Both the position numbers and the translations under genes were made by a program. DNA of 64,000 bases from Bacteroidota bacterium (GTDB lineage: Bacteria > Bacteroidota > JABWAT01). Below the pieces are notes generated by a model. The model saw only the letters and a list, made by a program, of their open reading frames with translations, ran no database searches and was not told the origin of the DNA. Shown here piece after piece: positions 58,412-64,000 of the stretch (its first letter is position 1; each line of letters starts with the position of its first letter). The stretch lies in contig JAKLJL010000010.1 in assembly GCA_023151185.1 (NCBI GenBank), positions 64,001 through 128,000 of the forward strand, written 5' to 3'.

Positions 58412-58984
58412 ATGAAGTTTGCCCTTGCAGTTGTCGTTATCCTGATTCTTGCTGTTTTAACAACCTTCTTTCATTATGATATGTTTGACGGGATGACGGT
58501 TGTAAAGAAAACCGTTCCGGCACGTATTCTCGTTTATGAAGTCCATCAGGGGGATCATAAAAAGTCGGCGGATGCCATGAACAAGGTTTTTTTCACCCTG
58601 CTGAAACTGGATTCCATCAAAACCAGCATCGGCTTCGGGTTATATTATGACAACCCGGAATTTACACCGAAAGACAGCCTGCGGTGGATTGCCGGCTGTA
58701 TTCTGAATCCGGAAGATACCCTGAAAATCGGCCGGATTGCCGATTCGTTTAAAGTTGCTGTTTTCCCGGAGACCGAAGCGGTTTACACCGATTTTGCCTA
58801 CAAGGGAGCACTTTCTGTCTTTATCGGGGTCTATAAAGCCTATCCGGCGCTGGGAGAGTACATGGCGGAAAACAAACTGGCCATGCCGCCGGTTATGGAG
58901 CTTTACGACCAGCCCAGAAACACCATTCAGTATATTGCGCCCGTTCATCTTTCGAAGGAACAGTTCGATTCCTATCTGAAATAA
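58412..58984 (+). CDS. Membrane-anchored GyrI-like small-molecule-binding domain protein
   Basis: An N-terminal transmembrane segment is followed by a domain of about 160 aa with a GyrI/AraC-effector-binding-like pattern. This is a weak family call. Confidence 0.4.
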   Translation: MKFALAVVVILILAVLTTFFHYDMFDGMTVVKKTVPARILVYEVHQGDHKKSADAMNKVFFTLLKLDSIKTSIGFGLYYDNPEFTPKDSLRWIAGCILNPEDTLKIGRIADSFKVAVFPETEAVYTDFAYKGALSVFIGVYKAYPALGEYMAENKLAMPPVMELYDQPRNTIQYIAPVHLSKEQFDSYLK

Positions 58985-59102
58985 CCGTTCCGGCCATTCC
59001 GGGGAAAGACACCCAGGACCCGGAGGCCCAAAGGAATTGCAAACAGGAAAGGTTTACTTTCCTTCCTTTTAACGGGAAGGTCAGGGTGGGGGATAATTTC
59101 TC

Positions 59103-59130
59103 GCCCGGTACCCCAACCCGGGCTTTTTTT
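59103..59130 (+). terminator. Rho-independent terminator after 58412..58984
   Basis: The hairpin GCCCGG-TACCCCAA-CCGGGC is followed by TTTTTTT. Confidence 0.55.
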
Positions 59131-59475
59131 CCCCCGGCGCTACCGGATTCCTGACCGATCAATAAAATCGATTGCAAGTCTGCGCATCATCAGCCAAATT
59201 CATTAGCATAAGTTGAGTAACTCATAAGCATGACTTGATCAACTCATAAGCATGACTTTTGAAAAGCATGAGCATGAGTTTATCCGGTCGCTAAAAGGGG
59301 GTGTTTCCCTTAAAAGAGTATCCGGTTGAATGGGTTTAGAAGAGGTCGGGTGAGCAGTCAGCGGCTGGGAAACTGTACCGGGCTGTGACGGAGTCAAAAA
59401 CCCGGGGAATGCTTTCCCTCCCCCGGTTCGGGAGAGGGAAGGGCAGGCTTAATCAGGTAACAGGCAGTAAAGTCC

Positions 59476-62007
59476 TTACTTCGACAGAATCATCTTCCGG
59501 GTAAAGGACTGTCCGGAAGAGGTCATCCTGCAGAAATACAAGCCGGAAGGAAGTCCGGCTGCAGAGAAGGTCACCTCATGGTGACCGGCCGGGCGGATGC
59601 CGTCAACCAGAGTCGTGATTTCCTGTCCCAGAATATTCAGAACTTTAACAGTTACTTTACTCTGAACCGGCAGGGTAAAGCCAATCACGGTAGACGGATT
59701 GAACGGATTGGGGTAGTTAGGTTCCAGATTTAACCGGGAAACGAGTTGCTCATCGGCAACTCCGGTCACGGTTTCAAGGGTAAAATCATCCAGATACCAG
59801 CTTTGATCCTTTGACCCGGCCCCTGTCGAGGTTAAGGTAAACCGGAAAAGAACCGGCTTCCCGACGTAATCCGTCAGCGGAATGGATTCTTTCACCCAGG
59901 TCGTGGTCCCGGCAGCCCAGTCCGGGTTTGAATTCCAGTTCAGTGTTTTAACGGCAATCCAGGTCTTTCCGGCATCCGATGACAGTTCGACCGTACCCGA
60001 AGAAACTGCTGGGTCGAGGAGGGCAATAGTCCGATAGGTAATCCCCTGGCCGGCAGCCGGTTTAACCGCAGCAAGGAAGGCGGTTTCGGTCATTCCGGAG
60101 ATAACAGAAGAAATACCGATGGCATTCGATGACATGAAGGCTTTCTTTTCAACCGTCCATCCGGAAGTTCCGACAACTTTATAAGGAGCTGCCCCTTCGA
60201 ACGTTTCGGCCAGCGTGGTCAGTGGGGTTCCCAGCCGCTGAACTTCAGACAGAGCCACATCGCCGATGACGGTTTCACTGCCGGATCCGGTAAACCGGAT
60301 TTCATACCGGGTTGCAAATGCACTGCCAACAGGGGCAGTATCAATAAAGGTAATCACTTTTCCGGTATCGGCAGGGTTCAGTGTTCCGGTAAATACGGCT
60401 TTATCCCGTACCCGGGTAATCTGGTATCCTGAGAGATTGTGCAGCCGGGTACCGTCATTGTGCCGGGCCGGAACGGTCAGCGAAAAGATTGATGTGGTTC
60501 CATTATTCACCGCCGGGATGGATTCTGAGGCGGCAGGAGCCAGAGATCCGCCGGCGATCCGGAGGAATGAAGCTGAAATGCCGGTATCTCCTGAAACCGT
60601 ATGAATCGGCAGCATTTCGTACGTGTAGGAAGCTCCCGGAGTCAGTCCGACAACAGTCAGAGATTGTTCAGCACCGATTTCGGGCGAAGAGTATTCCTGA
60701 ATCGGAGCACCGTTCTGCAACAGGACAAGTTTGAAGTCAGTGGCGATCCGGCCATCGTAAAAGGACTCCGGATTCAGCCAGGAAACCTTCATGGAAGTCG
60801 GGGTTTCAAAGTCAGAAAAGGCTCTAAACTGGGTTGGCGGACTCAGTTTATTGCCAAAATCAATATCCCACCCGATCACAGCCAGTAACCGGAGATCTGC
60901 TTCTGATATCCGGACCAGTTCACCCCGGGCAACAGTCGGATCCATGATCCCGATTTTCCGTTCTGCTGCGGGCAGTGTGCTTCTGAGGGCATCATCCCGC
61001 CAGTGGGAAGATTGACGGGTATCCCCGCCGGTTCCGTTTGAATTCCCGGTCGACACTTCAAATTCCTCATTTCCATCCCAGAAAACATGATCTCCGCCCG
61101 CGGTTAACGGACCTGCTGTGAGCACCCGGGTTGCCGAGTAAAACTCATCCAGATTGCTGACTGCACCGGGACGGAACCGGAAAATATCCCAGGTGGTACA
61201 GTATCCGTCAGAATAGCCGATCGAAGAGACAAATCCCAGTGCATGCCCGATTTCGTGAATGGTAACTCCCTGAAAATCGGTGAGGCTCGAGGCAATTCCG
61301 TCAGACTGATCGAAATCAAAGGAAAAGGCAGAGTTAAATCCGATATTGGGAGTTTGCCCAAAGGCCACAACATCAGATGTCACCGCATCGAAATAACCCA
61401 GGGCCTGAAGGTTCGAACGGGTTGCAATCGGGTAATTGATGGTTCCCAGATCGGCAGTCAGCGGACTGGGAATTGCTGAGTACAGACTTGAAAGTCCTTC
61501 ATGTTTTCCGGACAGGGTTTCGCCGAATGCCTGAAAGGTTTCCGGATTGCCTGTCGCATTTTTCCCTGTCGTTGCCGCATAAATAGCAGAACTGGTGGAT
61601 CCGATTACACTGGAAGATGAATAAGCCGATCCGAACCGGGTCGGACCGTAATCCACATCAATGACGATGGTGACAGGAGTTAAAATGACCTGTTCCCAGG
61701 CTTCTGCTGCCTTGACGAAGGAAGCCTGGGCAGTGGGATTGGCTTTCAACTGATCGGTGGCCCGCAGAATAATATTCAGATGTCCGTCTCCCCCGGCTGA
61801 CTTCAGGGTGGATTCAATCACCGACAATTGCCGGGTAAAGGCGGCAGCACTTTTTTCAAGTGAACTTGCCGGCCGGGTTGATTCGATACAGCTCAGGTTG
61901 CCGTTGTGATCAGCAACCCAGGTAAATTCTGCAACAGTCAAGGGCTGCTGAGCCTGAACCCCTGCTGCAGCAGCGAGAAGGAGCAGGGAAAGGAGTGTTT
62001 TCTTCAT
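59476..62007 (-). CDS. Secreted zinc metalloprotease, leishmanolysin(M8)-like HExxHALGF motif, with Fn3/Ig-like domains and T9SS C-terminal sorting domain
   Basis: The 843-aa ORF has a signal peptide. The motif VTIHEIGHALGFVSS resembles the leishmanolysin active site HExxHALGFS. The C-terminal NYPNPFNPSTVIGFTLP... tail is T9SS CTD-like. Confidence 0.7.
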   Translation of the reverse strand: MKKTLLSLLLLAAAAGVQAQQPLTVAEFTWVADHNGNLSCIESTRPASSLEKSAAAFTRQLSVIESTLKSAGGDGHLNIILRATDQLKANPTAQASFVKAAEAWEQVILTPVTIVIDVDYGPTRFGSAYSSSSVIGSTSSAIYAATTGKNATGNPETFQAFGETLSGKHEGLSSLYSAIPSPLTADLGTINYPIATRSNLQALGYFDAVTSDVVAFGQTPNIGFNSAFSFDFDQSDGIASSLTDFQGVTIHEIGHALGFVSSIGYSDGYCTTWDIFRFRPGAVSNLDEFYSATRVLTAGPLTAGGDHVFWDGNEEFEVSTGNSNGTGGDTRQSSHWRDDALRSTLPAAERKIGIMDPTVARGELVRISEADLRLLAVIGWDIDFGNKLSPPTQFRAFSDFETPTSMKVSWLNPESFYDGRIATDFKLVLLQNGAPIQEYSSPEIGAEQSLTVVGLTPGASYTYEMLPIHTVSGDTGISASFLRIAGGSLAPAASESIPAVNNGTTSIFSLTVPARHNDGTRLHNLSGYQITRVRDKAVFTGTLNPADTGKVITFIDTAPVGSAFATRYEIRFTGSGSETVIGDVALSEVQRLGTPLTTLAETFEGAAPYKVVGTSGWTVEKKAFMSSNAIGISSVISGMTETAFLAAVKPAAGQGITYRTIALLDPAVSSGTVELSSDAGKTWIAVKTLNWNSNPDWAAGTTTWVKESIPLTDYVGKPVLFRFTLTSTGAGSKDQSWYLDDFTLETVTGVADEQLVSRLNLEPNYPNPFNPSTVIGFTLPVQSKVTVKVLNILGQEITTLVDGIRPAGHHEVTFSAAGLPSGLYFCRMTSSGQSFTRKMILSK

Positions 62008-62143
62008 TTTGATTCCGGTTATTGATTTTATAAAGACTATTTTTGCCTGTCAGGTTCCGGTTCGAAGCCAGCAGGATCCTGTTTTTCTTAAAATCGGATT
62101 AAAACCGGCCAATTGCAAAATGAACTGGTGACAGTGTTCACAA

Positions 62144-62653
62144 GTGAAAATCCAGATGTATGAGATAAATCCCGCAAAAATACCGGTAACTCCCGCCGTC
62201 AGAAGTCTCAGATCCGGACATATTCCGTTCCGGCCGTATCTTTTCCCGTGGAAGGAAAAAGGCGGCACCCGGTATTCTGCAGAACTTTTACAGATCAGTG
62301 AACATTTGGTGATCAAAACCCTGGTTTTTGAACCCGACCGGGGAGATCCTTTTCTGGTGCTGATGCATGGCGACCGGGAAGTATCAGTAAAAGCTCTGGC
62401 AAGGCTGCTCGGCGTGAAAACCGTTACCCCTGCATCCGAACCAACCGCAACCCGGTTTACCGGGTATCAGTTTGGCGGGACCTCACCGTTCGGGACTCGG
62501 CGGAAGATGAAGATCTATGCTGAAAAGTCCCTTTTTGATCTGACTGAACTTTACATCAACGGGGGTAAACGGGGATTCTTGGTGGCGGTCAATCCGGCAG
62601 ATCTGGGAAAAGTTCTGGAACTGGAAACCGTGACTGTGGCAATCACTGACTAA
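62144..62653 (+). CDS. ybaK: YbaK/ProX-type aminoacyl-tRNA deacylase domain protein
   Basis: It has the TPAVRSLRS N-terminus and the KTLVFE...GGTSPFG blocks of the YbaK/ProRS-associated domain. Confidence 0.7.
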   Translation: MKIQMYEINPAKIPVTPAVRSLRSGHIPFRPYLFPWKEKGGTRYSAELLQISEHLVIKTLVFEPDRGDPFLVLMHGDREVSVKALARLLGVKTVTPASEPTATRFTGYQFGGTSPFGTRRKMKIYAEKSLFDLTELYINGGKRGFLVAVNPADLGKVLELETVTVAITD

Positions 62654-62679
62654 ATTTCCGGAAAAATATATTTTTAATT

Positions 62680-64000
62680 GATAGGTCCGGCGTTTTGATG
62701 GAAAGCTGAAGAAGAAATACCGATTTGAATTTGGCAGTTGCATTTTTCGCACGGAAGAACGGCATTGGTATTACCGGAAATTTGTGGCCGTGCGGATTTT
62801 GTGATTTTATTCTTTCCCCCGGGGCTGACGCCCCGGGCTACCCCAAGGCTTCGCCACGGGCAAGCAGGATGTCACCCCTCCGGGGCTGAGGGCACTGCGT
62901 CGACCCCAAGACTTCGTCGCGGGCATGCGGCTGACGGCGGAATACAAAATTCTAACCTATAGAGCCTCAGTGTCCTTTTCCCCTCCTTTTCTAAAGGAGG
63001 GGTTAGGGGTGGTTTGGCTGTTTTCTCAGAACCAAAAGAAAACTGCCCAGTCAGGCACCCAAAGTTAGCAGTTTTAATTGGCAGAATCGCGCCGTGCAGC
63101 GTGGGAGACGTTTCGTGCGTTTCAGATCCTGACCGAAAAACCACTGAACCCGTGAGTATGGAACAGGTTATCCGGTCAGGATGTGGGGGCAGGCGGGAAA
63201 AGTCAAGGAAACGGCGGGTTCGATTCTGCTGAGGATTTTTGGGTACTTTTTATCCGTAAAAAGTACCTCCCCGAAGGGAAAGAGAGTATGAGGTTGCCGG
63301 TCCGGCGTTTCGCCGGAAGGATGGGGACTTTTTCAAAAAAGTCCCGCAAAAACGTTACCGCCCAGCCGCTCTAAGACTTGTGACTGGCGCTCCGGTCCTG
63401 AAAAAATCAGAACAAGAACGATGAGCTGAAGTTTTAATTCCCTCTCACAGACACTGATTTTTTATAACCGGACACTTCGCTGGTCACTGCGTCGACCCCA
63501 AGACTTTGTCGCGGGCATGCGGCTGACGGCGGAATACAAAATTCTAACCTATAGAGCTCTGGTTTCCGGAAATGGCTCTGTGCCACCCGGTAGCTTTATT
63601 GCCGAACCCAAAGAAAATCACTTCATCCGTCGTCCAAAGTTTGGAGCCGAATTGAGCAGAATCGCGCCGTGCAGCGTGGGAGACGTTTCGTGCGTTTCAG
63701 ATCTTGGCCGAAAAACCACAGAACCCGTGAGACTGGAACAAGCCATCCGGTCAGGATGTGGGGGCAGGCGGGCAAGGGCAAGGAAACGGCGGGTTCGATT
63801 CTGCAGAGGATTTTTGGGTACTTTTTATCCGTAAAAAGTACCTCCCCGAAGGGAAAGGGAGTTTGAGATTGCCGGTCCGGCGTTTCGCCGGAAGGATGGG
63901 GAAGGAATACCGATTTGAATTAGTCGGTTGCGTTTCCGCACGGAAGAACGGCATTGGCATAACCGGAAATTTGTAGCCGTGCGGATTTTGTGATTTTATT
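62680..64000. repeat. Array of long non-coding structured repeats (modules X ~100 bp, Y ~75 bp, Z ~250 bp; periods ~590 and ~1190 bp), running off the window edge
   Basis: Direct sequence comparison shows each module twice: X at 62711-62810 and 63899-64000, Y at 62893-62966 and 63486-63558, and Z at 63072-63325 and 63654-63902. Copies are 85-95% identical. The region contains perfect hairpins (GGGTACTTTTTATCCGTAAAAAGTACC; GGGACTTTTTCAAAAAAGTCCC). Only short R-rich ORFs that share repeat-derived sequence are present. Confidence 0.7.

Noticed and set aside
63180-63240. tRNA/tmRNA-like T-loop (GGTTCGATTC) inside the Z repeat
   Set aside because: The flanking bases do not form a T-stem, an acceptor stem or a CCA-compatible 3' end. 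It is probably a chance match within a GC-rich hairpin region.
63014-63834. ORFs 63014..63232 (72 aa) and 63517..63834 (105 aa) as protein genes
   Set aside because: Both are Arg/Cys/Gly-rich translations of the GC-rich repeat (shared '...RIAPCSVGDVSCVSD...RSGCGGRR...KRRVRFC'). They lack a start context and look like by-products of the repeat rather than coding sequence.
62680-64000. Possibility that the terminal repeat array is a CRISPR array
   Set aside because: Repeat modules are 75-250 bp, not 24-48 bp. The 'spacers' are themselves repeated. No cas genes are in the window.
62680-64000. Possibility that X/Y/Z copies are a diversity-generating retroelement TR/VR pair
   Set aside because: Differences between copies are not confined to adenine positions. 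They include indels, no target gene 3' end overlaps a copy, and no RT is in the window.
62680-64000. Integron cassette array (attC sites)
   Set aside because: No intI gene or attI is in the window. Units lack cassette ORFs, and module X lacks the conserved RYYYAAC/GTTRRRY core-site ends.

Overview
This is a 64-kb chromosomal window, about 50% GC, from a bacterium of the FCB group (Bacteroidota/Ignavibacteriota-like). The placement rests on four cargo proteins ending in the type IX secretion C-terminal sorting domain (the '...YPNPFNPET/ST...' beta-sandwich), a set of NHL-repeat secreted proteins, and a mix of start contexts with and without Shine-Dalgarno sequences.

The window is densely coding on both strands, mostly housekeeping and envelope functions:
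- Cobalamin and tRNA-related genes: a methylmalonyl-CoA mutase mutA-mutB pair, queF, cca, rlmI, tmk, a ybaK-type deacylase and hemY.
- Transport and membrane proteins: ZupT, an NhaP antiporter, TauE/SafE and a TMEM175-like channel.
- Peptidases: a tricorn-like protease, an S41 C-terminal processing peptidase, an M23 peptidase and a leishmanolysin(M8)-like HExxHALGF zinc metalloprotease with a T9SS sorting domain.
- A GH13 alpha-amylase carrying three starch-binding repeats and a T9SS tail.
- Regulators: LacI, MarR, Crp and an ECF sigma factor.

Five things stand out:
1. Position 62.68 kb to the window edge holds an array of long, structured, non-coding repeats with periods of about 590 and 1190 bp. 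It matches no feature class I can name.
2. A CoA-disulfide-reductase/rhodanese fusion gene contains a near-identical in-frame 273-bp tandem duplication of its catalytic rhodanese domain.
3. A tightly coupled operon runs acyltransferase-3, then a 370-aa unknown protein with a DxDDTA (class II terpene cyclase-like) motif, then a GNAT acetyltransferase.
4. A TfoX-N domain gene is translationally coupled to a crp/fnr gene.
5. Two tandem cre-type palindromes (TGTAAGCGTTTACA) sit upstream of the lacI gene.

I found no rRNA, tRNA, CRISPR array, integrase, transposase or obvious prophage gene.
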